From a bacterium (GTDB lineage Bacteria; Patescibacteriota; Minisyncoccia; Phycocordibacterales; Phycocordibacteraceae): a stretch of 64,000 nucleotides of DNA. Below the pieces are notes generated by a model. The model did no database searches. It was not told the DNA's origin and worked only from the letters and a program-made list of their open reading frames with translations. Positions 41,727 to 51,609 of the stretch are shown one piece after another. Position 1 is the stretch's first letter. Each line of letters opens with the position of its first letter. The stretch is from contig JAJZTG010000002.1 of the NCBI GenBank assembly GCA_021849125.1, positions 12,573-76,572 on the forward strand. The letters run 5' to 3'. A program made the translations under genes and the position numbers.

Positions 41727-43889
41727 ATGAGAGCGCATCCACGCCACTCCTGGCGGCACACGATCGTCGCTTCCGCGCTTGTCCTCGTCGGAATCGGTTT
41801 CATCGCCTCCGGAAGCATCCTGATCGCGGTCATGGCCGCTCCGGTCCCCGATATCGCTTCGTTTGCGAACCGTCAGGTGGACCAATCGACGAAGATCTAT
41901 GATCGGACCGGCCAGGTTCTTCTCTATGATTACAATCGCGACGCGCGACGCGAGGTAATCCCGCTTTCTGAGATATCCCCTAATGCGATCCAGGCGACGA
42001 TTGCTACCGAGGACTCGAGTTTCTACGAGCATGGAGGGATCCGCTTCACGTCTATCCTCCGCGCGATGATCGTCGACGCGCTCGGTGGCGCGCTTGCCCA
42101 AGGCGGATCTACCATCACGCAACAGGTGGTAAAAAATACGCTCCTTACGAACGAGAAAAGTATTGTACGGAAAATCCACGAATGGGTGCTCGCGATAAAG
42201 CTTGAGCAGGTATACACGAAGGACCAGATAATCGAGACGTACCTGAATAACGTCCCCTATGGGGGCACCCTCTACGGCATCGAAGCAGCATCGGAAGCGT
42301 TTTTCGGCATACCGGCGAAAGACCTCTCTGTGAGCGAATCTGCATATCTCGCAGCAATGATCCAAGCGCCTACTTATTATTCCCCCAACGGAACGCATCG
42401 CGCCGATCTCGATGCGCGTAAAGATTTCGTGCTTGACCGGATGCGCACGCTCGGTTTCTTGAAAGATGATGAGTACGCTCGTGCGAAACAGGAGACGGTC
42501 TCTTTTGCCCCCGCAGGCCACAATTCGATCATCGCGCCCCATTTCGTCTTCTATATCCTCAATCAGATAGAATCGACCTATGGCGCACGAGCGCTCACCT
42601 CAGGACTCAAGGTTACGACCACGCTCGATGCTGATCTCCAGGTGAAGGCTGAGTCGATCGTAAACCAGTACGCGCTCGAGAACGTGAAGAATTTCAACGC
42701 TTCGAACGCTGCGTTGGTCGCTATCGATCCGGGAACCGGACAGATCCTCTCGATGGTCGGTTCACGTGATTTCTTCGACTCTTCTATCGATGGGCAATAT
42801 AACGCGGCTCTCGCTCTGCGCCAGCCAGGATCTACTATGAAACCGTTCGCGTACGCGCTCGCGCTCCTGAAGGGCTATACGCGGGATACGATAGTCTTCG
42901 ACGTCCCGACACAATTCTCCACCTCTTGTCGGCCTTCCGAGACGACGAACTCCACCTCTCCATGCTACGCGCCGGATAATTATGATGGGAAATTCCGTGG
43001 CCCTATGACTTTCGAAACCGCGCTTGCTCAATCCATCAACATTCCGGCTATCAAGGTTGTCTATCTAGCCGGTGTCGCAAACGTCATCAATCTTGCAAAA
43101 TCATTCGGACTTACCTCGCTTGGCAGCGCGGCGCAATACGGCCTTACCCTTGTGCTTGGTGGTGGAGAAGTCCGCCTTCTTGACCTTACTGGTGCTTACG
43201 CGACATTCGCTAATGACGGGATACGGAACTCTGTGACCGGCATCCTTTCTGTCGAAGATACCCGAGGGAGTGTCTTGGAACAGTATGTACCTCAACGGAT
43301 GCAGGTAGTACCTTCGAGCGTTGCTCGAGACATTTCTGGGATGCTCTCTGATGCTCAAGCACGTCTCCCTGAATACCCGCTTGATTCGCCGCTTTCTTTC
43401 CAAGGATACGATGTTGCCGTAAAAACTGGTACCACAAACGATACTCGGGATGCGTGGGTGATCGGATACACTCCTTCTGTTGCGGTAGGAGTGTGGGTTG
43501 GAAACAACAATAACACGCCTATGGTGAAATCAGTTGCAGGATTTATTGCGGCGCCGATGTGGCATGAAGCCATGGCGTACGCTCTTTCAAAGTACCCGAA
43601 GACATATTTTGGTGAGTCGGACGGTATCCCTTCTTCCGTACCGCCTATGCTTCGCGGTAATTGGTATATTCCTGATGCTCAAGGAAACATCGTTCCTCAC
43701 TCTCTTCTATACTGGACGGATAAAAATAATCCTCGTGGCGCTCCTCTTTCGAATCCTGCACAAGATCCTCAATTCTACTATTGGGAATACGGTATTTCCG
43801 CTTGGTATGCATCACATCCGAACCTGTTCACTTCAGGTATCCAGCTTCCTGTGCCGCTCTCTGCAGAAACACCGCTTGTACAGCCGTAA
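41727..43889 (+). CDS. Class A penicillin-binding protein (PBP1A family)
   Basis: ED..FYEHGG, GGSTITQQ, RKIHE, YLN; transpeptidase STMK, SIN, KTG. Confidence 0.95.
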   Translation: MRAHPRHSWRHTIVASALVLVGIGFIASGSILIAVMAAPVPDIASFANRQVDQSTKIYDRTGQVLLYDYNRDARREVIPLSEISPNAIQATIATEDSSFYEHGGIRFTSILRAMIVDALGGALAQGGSTITQQVVKNTLLTNEKSIVRKIHEWVLAIKLEQVYTKDQIIETYLNNVPYGGTLYGIEAASEAFFGIPAKDLSVSESAYLAAMIQAPTYYSPNGTHRADLDARKDFVLDRMRTLGFLKDDEYARAKQETVSFAPAGHNSIIAPHFVFYILNQIESTYGARALTSGLKVTTTLDADLQVKAESIVNQYALENVKNFNASNAALVAIDPGTGQILSMVGSRDFFDSSIDGQYNAALALRQPGSTMKPFAYALALLKGYTRDTIVFDVPTQFSTSCRPSETTNSTSPCYAPDNYDGKFRGPMTFETALAQSINIPAIKVVYLAGVANVINLAKSFGLTSLGSAAQYGLTLVLGGGEVRLLDLTGAYATFANDGIRNSVTGILSVEDTRGSVLEQYVPQRMQVVPSSVARDISGMLSDAQARLPEYPLDSPLSFQGYDVAVKTGTTNDTRDAWVIGYTPSVAVGVWVGNNNNTPMVKSVAGFIAAPMWHEAMAYALSKYPKTYFGESDGIPSSVPPMLRGNWYIPDAQGNIVPHSLLYWTDKNNPRGAPLSNPAQDPQFYYWEYGISAWYASHPNLFTSGIQLPVPLSAETPLVQP

Positions 43890-43894
43890 CCAGA

Positions 43895-44995
43895 CTATTG
43901 GTTCATCGGGGAAACGAGATAGAGGAATGAGGTATCTCCCACGCCACGGACGATAAGCGGCCGTCCTATGCCTGCTGCGGTAAGCGAGAGGCTTTCTGCA
44001 TTCGTAAGAGAAAGAGCGGCCGAAAGATACCGGTGATTGAATGATAGTTCGAGCATATTGCCTGAAATACGCGCTGGGAGCGTCTCATTGCTTTCTCCCA
44101 CATCCGTATTACGCGCGAAAAAGGAGATATGATTCTGTTTTGAATCAAAGCTCACACGGATCTTCTGGAAAGTATCTGAGAATATCATCGTCCGTTTGAG
44201 CGCTGCTTCGAAATCCTTTTTAAGAACGATGGCTTCTACTATCGATTCTTTCGGTATTATCTGGCGATAGTCCGGATAAACGGCATTCGTGAGCCGTGAG
44301 ACGAGCATCAATGAATCGCTCATGAAAGCACATTGATGTTCATCGAAGGAGAGGGTGATGTCTGCGGTCGGGAGCGCTTGCGCTATATCGAGCGCATTTT
44401 TTGCTGGAATAAGGAATTTACCTTGCACGCCTTTATTCGAAAGCGGGATTTTCTTTTCAGCGAGTCGGAATGAGTCGGTAGCGACAGCGGTAAGTACCCC
44501 GCCTTCTATGGTAATGAAGATGCTTGCGAGTTCTGGACGGATGGTCGAAACGGACGCACATGAAGCGATGGTAGAGAAGAGGTTTGTCAGGAGTGTTCCA
44601 GGGATAGGGATGGTGTTTTGAGGATTTTCAGGGAATGGTATTGAGGGGAAATCCTCATATGGGACCGTCTTTACGGAACTCTTGCTCGTACCGCTTGTGA
44701 TATAGAGAAGGTCACCAGCGTGTTCGAGAGAAATGCTCCCTTCTTGGGTAAGCGAGCTTGCTATCTGCTGTAAGACGGTCGCTGGGATCGCCACTACCCC
44801 ATGAGTAATAACCTTTCCTTGGATGGTGAGGTCGATACCGGTTTCGAGATTAGTCGCACGCAGTTTTATACCATCATCATTCGCGACGATAAGGATCGCT
44901 GAGAGCGCAGGAAGCGTTGCGCTTCTCCGTTCCGCGAAGCGTGCAACGATATGCACTGCTTCATAGAATTCTTTTTTCTCAATTGAAATATTCAT
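43895..44995 (-). CDS. dnaN: DNA polymerase III beta clamp
   Basis: ATNLE, AVATDSFRL, YPDYRQIIP, FN.RYL, LVSPM; downstream of dnaA. Confidence 0.96.
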   Translation of the reverse strand: MNISIEKKEFYEAVHIVARFAERRSATLPALSAILIVANDDGIKLRATNLETGIDLTIQGKVITHGVVAIPATVLQQIASSLTQEGSISLEHAGDLLYITSGTSKSSVKTVPYEDFPSIPFPENPQNTIPIPGTLLTNLFSTIASCASVSTIRPELASIFITIEGGVLTAVATDSFRLAEKKIPLSNKGVQGKFLIPAKNALDIAQALPTADITLSFDEHQCAFMSDSLMLVSRLTNAVYPDYRQIIPKESIVEAIVLKKDFEAALKRTMIFSDTFQKIRVSFDSKQNHISFFARNTDVGESNETLPARISGNMLELSFNHRYLSAALSLTNAESLSLTAAGIGRPLIVRGVGDTSFLYLVSPMNQ

Positions 44996-45001
44996 ACCCA
45001 T

Positions 45002-45107
45002 CCTTATTAGCCATGTTGATAATGGGGATACCCTATATATCCAGTATATAGGCCATCAAAATACGCTACACGCTTCAATGAACCTGTGGATATGATACGG
45101 GAAAACA
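45002..45107. other. Probable oriC region (dnaA-dnaN spacer)
   Basis: AT-rich; DnaA-box-like TGTTGATAA 45014-45022, TGGGGATAC 45023-45031, TGTGGATAT 45085-45093; short IR CCTATATA/TATATAGG. Confidence 0.55.
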
Positions 45108-46457
45108 TCATACAAGCAGTGAGCGGATATCTTGGATCTCTTTTGATAACTCACTATCCACAACAACTTCACGCTTTATCTTCTCGCATGAGTGGATAAC
45201 CGTCGTATGATCACGACCGCCAAGCTTCGTACCGATAGTCGGATAAGAGATATTGAAATCCTCACGAAGGAGATACATGATGATCTGCCTCGGTCGCACG
45301 ACTTCCCTACGGCGCGTCTTCTCATAAATGCTTTCCTCATCGATCCCATAGAATTCAGCGACTTTCCCGACCACATTCTTAACGGAAATGGTCTTTTGCG
45401 GACGGGTGAATGAACGGAGTGATTGGCGTACTTCAGCGATATCCGGCGCCATACCGCGTACCTGTGCATGACAGACGAGGCTATTCACCATACCTTCAAG
45501 TTCCCGGATCGATCCAGGGAGGGTTGTCGCCACATATTCGATAACTTCATCAGAAAGGATGACGCCATGAAGCGCTGCTTTTCTTCGTACGATAGCCATA
45601 CGGGATTCAGGGTCAGGTTCGCCGATGTCGATCGCCATACCGCTTGCAAGCCTGCTCTTTAAACGATCGGCGATATCCGGAATGGATGAAGGCGGGCGGT
45701 CAGAAGAGAACAATATCTGCTTGTTCGTATCATGCAGGGCATTAAAGAGATGGAAAAGCTCCTCTTGCGTCTTTTCTTTCTTGGAGAGGAACTGGATGTC
45801 ATCCATGATAAGGAGATCATACTGCCGGTATTTATCCTTGAAGCGATTCGCGGTGCCAGCTTGAACGGAATCAGTGTAGTCGATAACGAATTTCTCAGAA
45901 GTGAGATAAAACGCCTTACGCCCAGGGAACTGTTTCTTGAACTGGTTACCGATCGCTTGGATGAGGTGGGTCTTCCCTCTCCCGGTATCTCCGTAGATAA
46001 AAAGCGGATTATAGGTGATGCCTGGTCTGGAAAGGACCGCTTGAGCAGCGCTGTAAGCGAGCGTATTGAAAGATCCGATCACGAACGTGTCGAACGTATA
46101 GCGCGGATTCAAATTATCGCTCTTATTTATATAGAATTCTTCGATCGGAAGCTCGATAGCGCCTCGCGTATTCTTTATCTCTTTTGGCGGCTTACGATGC
46201 TCGTCCTTCGCGATAGTGTATTCGATATTCCTGAATTCGTAGGAAACTTCACGGACGATCTTGAGGAGGAGCGTGTGAAATTTCTTTACGTACCAATCCT
46301 TGAAGAATTGGCTTGGTACGCCGATATACACGATGCCATCCTCTATCTTGACGATGAAGCTGTTCTTGAACCACGTATTGAAATTTGCGGGGGATATCGA
46401 CAGTTCGACCTGAGTCAATACATGTTCCCAGAGTTCCTTAGGATTCTGTGCATCCAT
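45108..46457 (-). CDS. dnaA: Chromosomal replication initiator DnaA
   Basis: LNPRYTFDTFV, YNPLFIYGDTGRGKTHL, DDIQFL, GGRDHTTVIHS; start at MDAQNPK. Confidence 0.98.
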   Translation of the reverse strand: MDAQNPKELWEHVLTQVELSISPANFNTWFKNSFIVKIEDGIVYIGVPSQFFKDWYVKKFHTLLLKIVREVSYEFRNIEYTIAKDEHRKPPKEIKNTRGAIELPIEEFYINKSDNLNPRYTFDTFVIGSFNTLAYSAAQAVLSRPGITYNPLFIYGDTGRGKTHLIQAIGNQFKKQFPGRKAFYLTSEKFVIDYTDSVQAGTANRFKDKYRQYDLLIMDDIQFLSKKEKTQEELFHLFNALHDTNKQILFSSDRPPSSIPDIADRLKSRLASGMAIDIGEPDPESRMAIVRRKAALHGVILSDEVIEYVATTLPGSIRELEGMVNSLVCHAQVRGMAPDIAEVRQSLRSFTRPQKTISVKNVVGKVAEFYGIDEESIYEKTRRREVVRPRQIIMYLLREDFNISYPTIGTKLGGRDHTTVIHSCEKIKREVVVDSELSKEIQDIRSLLV

Positions 46458-46556
46458 ACGTACAGAGGAGTATACGATTATTCCAACATATGCGCACCAC
46501 TGGCGTTTCGGGGGGAACCTGTTAATATCATGTGTACAAGGTAATCCCACCCGATT

Positions 46557-46697
46557 ATGTCTACGAAACGAACGTACCAGCCGAAGAAGCGCAAGCGCGC
46601 AACGACCCATGGTTTCCTCGCTCGGACCAGCACGACCTCAGGTCGTAAGATCGTCCAGAAGCGCCGCCGTGTCGGTCGGGCAAAGCTCGCCGCCTAA
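46557..46697 (+). CDS. rpmH: 50S ribosomal protein L34 (not in ORF track)
   Basis: [46 protein letters not shown]; divergent from dnaA. Confidence 0.96.
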   Translation: MSTKRTYQPKKRKRATTHGFLARTSTTSGRKIVQKRRRVGRAKLAA

Positions 46698-46703
46698 TCC
46701 TCC

Positions 46704-47024
46704 GTGTTCCCGCGCCGAGAACGACTTTCCCGTGCGCAGTTCCCAACCGCCCTTAAAGGCGGCAAAAGGCTCACCTCTGAACATTTTTCGGTCATTTTCC
46801 CTGCAGATACGCGGGGATATGCCGTCGTTATACCAAAAAAGGTCCTACGTCTCGCTTCTGCACGGCACAACCTGAAGCGCCGCATCATCGCAGCGCTCCA
46901 GGAACTTCCTCTTCCCACCGCCCTTATCATTTTTCCGAAAGCTGGAGCCTATGGTGTACACTACAGAGACATGAAAGCCGAGCTTTCCGGCCTTCTCGCG
47001 CAGACGAAACATAACCGACCCTAG
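46704..47024 (+). CDS. rnpA: Ribonuclease P protein component
   Basis: RL...F, AVVIPKKV..ASARHNLKRRI; between rpmH and yidC. Confidence 0.88.
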   Translation: MFPRRERLSRAQFPTALKGGKRLTSEHFSVIFPADTRGYAVVIPKKVLRLASARHNLKRRIIAALQELPLPTALIIFPKAGAYGVHYRDMKAELSGLLAQTKHNRP

Positions 47025-47026
47025 CC

Positions 47027-47764
47027 GTGATAACAGCCTTTTTTCATACGTTTTTCTATAATCCGATCTATAACGCGCTGGTCACGTTTGTCGCCGTCGT
47101 GCCCGGTTCCGATGTCGGTATCGCGATCATTCTTCTCACGATAGGGATTCGTATCATCCTCCTCCCTTTCTCCTTATCAGCAGCCAGGACACAACGTGCT
47201 ATGAAAGATCTCCAGCCGAAGCTTAAGGAACTAAAGGAGAAGCATAAAGGCAACAGAGAGCAAGAAGCGATTGAGACACTCGCTCTCTACAAAGAGGCGA
47301 ACGTAAGGCCATTTGCGAGCATTTTGATAACCTTCATCCAGATACCTATCCTGCTCGCGCTGTACTGGGTTTTCATACAAGAATCGTTTCCAGCGATCGA
47401 TATGGCGAAGCTCTATGCGCTTACGCCAATACCCGACACGTTCTCGCTCGCATTTCTCGGTCTTATCCCCGTGGCTGAGAAGAGCTTGCTTCTGGCGCTA
47501 CTGGCTGGGGCCACGCAATTTATCTTGGCGGACATGATGATAAAGGGCACGATGAAGCCCACAGAAGATGCTAAAGCACACGATTTTCAGAAGATTATGG
47601 GTCTTCAGCTCAAATACGTATTCCCGTTCCTGATAGGCGCTATTTCATATAGCACCTCAGCGGCGATCGCGCTCTACTTCATCGCGACAAACCTTGCCGG
47701 CTCAGCGCAAGAATGGCACATGCGCCGCATACTCGAGAAAGAAGCGCTTCCTCAGAGCGCGTAG
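47027..47764 (+). CDS. yidC: Membrane protein insertase YidC (short form)
   Basis: AIILLTIGIRIILLP, LQPKLKELKEKHK, QIPILLALY, LYF. Confidence 0.95.
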   Translation: MITAFFHTFFYNPIYNALVTFVAVVPGSDVGIAIILLTIGIRIILLPFSLSAARTQRAMKDLQPKLKELKEKHKGNREQEAIETLALYKEANVRPFASILITFIQIPILLALYWVFIQESFPAIDMAKLYALTPIPDTFSLAFLGLIPVAEKSLLLALLAGATQFILADMMIKGTMKPTEDAKAHDFQKIMGLQLKYVFPFLIGAISYSTSAAIALYFIATNLAGSAQEWHMRRILEKEALPQSA

Positions 47765-48951
47765 CTCCAAAGAGAGCCATCATTTTTGTTCGTGAAGACG
47801 AATACGGTGCGAGAAGGGTTGATTGCCGGGGATTCGATATCGAAACTATCTGCAGTTTCTGTCGAAGGATCAAGGACGAGTTGGGCATAGCGGCCCGCGG
47901 TTTCGATGCGCCAGATGCGGTCAGAAAAATGCGCAGCGCCTTGATACCAGTCATCCGGATATTGGAACGCCGCGCTCGGATTTACCGGTACGCCGCAGTA
48001 TACGGATGAGTCATCTGCAGTCCAGACGCACTTATCTGCGATGGTCGCAATCGGGAGCTGCAGAGCAATGTTTGTAGACGTGTCGACGAGCTCCATCTGG
48101 AGTGCGTTGTTCTGGGTGTAACTCACGAGTACGTATTTCCCTGAATGACTTGCAAGCGCCACAAGGCCGAAATGCGGTCCGGCAACCCGAGAGAAAACAC
48201 CCTGACCGTCAACGATAAAAGCGCTCCCGAGTATAGATCCTGAAGGACGGGAAAAGGCTAGGTACTTCCCCCTCCCCGCGTACGAGACGCGAACGGAACT
48301 GAGAGGTGTTGAAAATAGCGACGTCGAATGAGAGCCGTCTATGCGCACACGGGAGACGGTAGACCCGTTTACGCCAGATGAAAGCTCCAAGACCTCGTTC
48401 GTAGAGACGGCGATATCGGTGAGGTTCTGCGGAAGGAAGAAACCCGTGGAGCTCGTCGCAGAAAGAGCATAAGTGTTTACGGTAGAGAGGTCGTCTCCCG
48501 ATAGATACCGCACGAAAGCGACGGAACCATCCGGGAGCCAAGTGGCATTTTGGATGCTCGGGATGGTTTTGCTACTCACGCGCGTAAGCGTCTTACCCCT
48601 GAAGAGGTATGAAAAGACATTACCGCTCGCACGTTCGATGAACTCGATAGAAGTTTCAGGAGACGATGTCGCCCCTCCGGATGTCGTGTCGACCGCAATC
48701 ACCCCAGGCACCACCGGCCCGGCACTGATTTTCGTGAGACGCGTCCCTACTGCAACAGGAGCTTCAAGAGACCCTTGGTCTGGCGTGGTGGCAAAACCCC
48801 CAGTCCCGCCTTGTCCGGCGACAGGAAGGTTCACGCTTCCTGAGGGTGCAACCGACACCGCAGGACCTGACTTCGTGAGGAAGAAATAGATGATACCGCC
48901 GAGTATGAGAGCGGCGATCGCGATTCCAGAGATGATGAGAGAGCGTCGCAT
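47752..48951 (-). CDS. Membrane-anchored beta-rich (propeller-like) protein, last gene of the VirB4 operon
   Basis: N-terminal TM, Gly/Thr linker, W..D repeats (WLPDG, CVWTADD), PDDWYQG. Confidence 0.65.
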   Translation of the reverse strand: MRRSLIISGIAIAALILGGIIYFFLTKSGPAVSVAPSGSVNLPVAGQGGTGGFATTPDQGSLEAPVAVGTRLTKISAGPVVPGVIAVDTTSGGATSSPETSIEFIERASGNVFSYLFRGKTLTRVSSKTIPSIQNATWLPDGSVAFVRYLSGDDLSTVNTYALSATSSTGFFLPQNLTDIAVSTNEVLELSSGVNGSTVSRVRIDGSHSTSLFSTPLSSVRVSYAGRGKYLAFSRPSGSILGSAFIVDGQGVFSRVAGPHFGLVALASHSGKYVLVSYTQNNALQMELVDTSTNIALQLPIATIADKCVWTADDSSVYCGVPVNPSAAFQYPDDWYQGAAHFSDRIWRIETAGRYAQLVLDPSTETADSFDIESPAINPSRTVFVFTNKNDGSLWSYAL

Positions 48952-48954
48952 AGG

Positions 48955-49926
48955 CTATTGGACAACTTTGAATCCAGGATTACTGCTACAACCACCCGCC
49001 CCAGTGTTACTGGTGGTACAAGAAAGCGAGATGTTCCAGCAAGATGCGGAGGCTCCTGTCGTCAGTATTTGCAATACTTTCGAGCCGCATGGGGTCTTTA
49101 CGCTACTCATGCACGTAACTCCCTTATCAGACGTGCAGGCAGAGGCAAAATTGACCGTGTCACGTCCGTTATTTGGGTTAGTTTCAGTCGATGCGATGGG
49201 TTGGTAGTAAGAGTAACCAACAATGGCGTTAACCCATCCAGAAACGCCAGATGAAGAGCTTATATCGGCAAAAGCATACGGTCCGGTAGCAGGACCACGT
49301 TCTGTGCTGCATGTCGCTTTGTGCTCGGTCGTAAAGAAAGGCACGTTACCGGAGCCGGTCGTACATTTTGCCGCGAAGTCCTCAGCAGCTTTTTGAGTCG
49401 GGCAAACCGCCGTTTTAAGCAAGGTGCCAGTAACCGTGCAACCCGCAGCTTTGGCAGCGGTGGTTGCAGGATCAGTATTGGACCCGGAACCTGAAGGAGA
49501 TGTCCCAGAAGAAGGAGGCGGAGGGGCATTCAGATCGATAGGCGGAAGATCGAGGGAGAGGTTCAGGATGCTCGGATTGATGAGCGAGAAGACCAAGACC
49601 GGGGAAAGGACAAGGATAAGTCCGAATATCGCCTGCGTGATGCGCTCGCGCCCCTCGGATACTTTCGAGGCACTGCCTTGTGACGAGGAGATCTGGAGAC
49701 CTCCCCAGATGATCTCGATGATGGCAAGCATAGCGGCAAGCCCGATGAGGTACTTATACAGATTGTTAAAGAAGGAAGTCAGTGTCGCTGAGTTTACGAC
49801 GCTTGTCGCATCTCCGCTGGTTAATCCTGGGATCGGAGCAAGCGCTGTGAATCCGTTTGCGAAAGCAGTCGGAGCAAAAGCGACGAAGGAGAGCAAGGCG
49901 ATAAAGAAGATCTTTTTCATGTTCAT
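48955..49926 (-). CDS. TrbC/VirB2-like pilin domain fused to a Cys-rich C-terminal domain
   Basis: Signal peptide; 'YLIGLAAMLAIIEIIWGGL...G.ERITQAIFGLILVL...INP' two-helix pilin pattern; 10 Cys downstream. Confidence 0.7.
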   Translation of the reverse strand: MNMKKIFFIALLSFVAFAPTAFANGFTALAPIPGLTSGDATSVVNSATLTSFFNNLYKYLIGLAAMLAIIEIIWGGLQISSSQGSASKVSEGRERITQAIFGLILVLSPVLVFSLINPSILNLSLDLPPIDLNAPPPPSSGTSPSGSGSNTDPATTAAKAAGCTVTGTLLKTAVCPTQKAAEDFAAKCTTGSGNVPFFTTEHKATCSTERGPATGPYAFADISSSSGVSGWVNAIVGYSYYQPIASTETNPNNGRDTVNFASACTSDKGVTCMSSVKTPCGSKVLQILTTGASASCWNISLSCTTSNTGAGGCSSNPGFKVVQ

Positions 49927-50927
49927 AAGCCGAAGAAGTTAGTGCTCGGCTTGCTGCCGAAGGACAAAGAGAGCACAGATGTAGCCCCCTCAGAACCGCT
50001 CGCTGAAGCAGTGAGGGATAAAGAAGCAGTCCCTTCCCCGTCCCCTGAAGGCCGCAGGGTGATGAGACTTCCTGTCTGTGCCGGTGATCCGTTCAAGAAC
50101 CAGCGAAGAATAGGGGCCGAGGTTCCTTTAGGAAAAGAGAAAGGTGCTGCATAGAGCGTTGATTCTGAACCGCGTATCGCGTATGACCCTGAGAGAGCGC
50201 GATCGAAACGTACGCCAAGCAGAGGGTCGCTTTCATAGATACGCACCTTCGGAGATGCGGCGTATAGAGACATCGACGCGCCGCCGACCAAGGTCCCGTC
50301 GGCGGTTTTTACCGAAACAGAAACGGTGCGCTCGCGGTATTGCAGCGGCGTGGCAACGACGATGGTCGTTTTCCCGAGTCCAGACGCGCTTGCCAATCGG
50401 GCTCCATCCACGCTCCACGCATACGAGAGGCCAGAGGGATCGATCGCGCGACCGCGCGAGTCTTTGAAAGCAGCGATGGCGACGACACGGATGCTGCCTC
50501 CCATGGGAGGCAGTGCCTTGCCAGCATACAAGGGCGGAGTGGTGGCGATGGGCTCCGCGATGAGAGAGACATCCTCAGGTTGAAGAGTTAGGGATTTCGA
50601 ATACACGGATCCGTTATTCAAAACGATCACGGTTACTTCGACAGGAACACCCGGACCCTTGAGGGTGATGGGTACGGGCCGCACATTTCCTTCGTATACC
50701 TGGGTTCCGTTTACACGAACCCGCAAGGTTGCGCTTGAGAGGTTCGAGGCAGTGGGAAGCGCAGAAATGACCGCCTGACCGTAAGGAAGCGGGTAATCCG
50801 GGGAGACCGTGACAGAGAACAGGTCTCCTCCCGTCGAACCGATTGATGATAGGTCGAACGATTGAGCAAAGGAGTGCGCAGGAAGTGCTAGTACGAGGAA
50901 AGCAGCGATTAAGAGAGATGCACGCAT
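49923..50927 (-). CDS. Secreted protein with Ig-like beta domains
   Basis: Signal peptide; Y.W..DG and W.LNG motifs; TATACT 6 nt before ATG 50927. Confidence 0.7.
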   Translation of the reverse strand: MRASLLIAAFLVLALPAHSFAQSFDLSSIGSTGGDLFSVTVSPDYPLPYGQAVISALPTASNLSSATLRVRVNGTQVYEGNVRPVPITLKGPGVPVEVTVIVLNNGSVYSKSLTLQPEDVSLIAEPIATTPPLYAGKALPPMGGSIRVVAIAAFKDSRGRAIDPSGLSYAWSVDGARLASASGLGKTTIVVATPLQYRERTVSVSVKTADGTLVGGASMSLYAASPKVRIYESDPLLGVRFDRALSGSYAIRGSESTLYAAPFSFPKGTSAPILRWFLNGSPAQTGSLITLRPSGDGEGTASLSLTASASGSEGATSVLSLSFGSKPSTNFFGL

Positions 50928-51006
50928 ACGTACAGTATATAGTGTGCCCAAAGGATTTATGTCTCCTTGTGGGCAGCTCTGGGGAATGTCCACAAGGAGG
51001 CGTAAA

Positions 51007-51609
51007 TCACGCTGCTTCTCTCAGAGCCTCGTATTCTTCAGCATTTGCTGCTTGTTGGGCCTGAAAAGCGCGCAATTGCGCGTTTTGTGACTCGCGTAGC
51101 GTTCGTTGTTTCGAGGATACACGTTTTTCATAGGCGCGTTTCGTCGCCTTGTCCTTCTTTATCTGCGCGCTATAGAGTTTTGCCATGGTTCCCGTTAACG
51201 CAGGAAGCGTGCCAACGAGCGGCACTTCGCTCACAAAGAGGCCCCCCATGAGCCAGAGCACATTCGTGGAATTTTCTTTGATAAGGCGTCGGTTCGTAAA
51301 GATGATCAAAAGACAGATGGTCATCCAGCCGATAAGACCTGCCGCCATCGCTAGCACCACTCCGAAGAGCTCGAACGCGCCTGAACCATAAAAACCAGCG
51401 AGCCCGCCGACCACGACGGCACCCACTTTGCCGACGATGCCGCCTCCCAAGGCAGCCTCGGTTGCCAAACCGAGCAGCACGGGCCCGAAAAACCAGAATT
51501 GTTCGAACATGAAACGAATCGCATCGAACACGAGAGCGAGCGCAAGCATCGGGAGCGCCTTCCCCCAGGTCATCGTCTTGGGAGGAGAATCATGCAGGGT
51601 TCGCAGCAT
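51007..51609 (-). CDS. Hypothetical multi-TM protein with basic coiled tail
   Basis: Several Gly-rich hydrophobic segments; overlaps the virB4 3' end. Confidence 0.7.
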   Translation of the reverse strand: MLRTLHDSPPKTMTWGKALPMLALALVFDAIRFMFEQFWFFGPVLLGLATEAALGGGIVGKVGAVVVGGLAGFYGSGAFELFGVVLAMAAGLIGWMTICLLIIFTNRRLIKENSTNVLWLMGGLFVSEVPLVGTLPALTGTMAKLYSAQIKKDKATKRAYEKRVSSKQRTLRESQNAQLRAFQAQQAANAEEYEALREAA

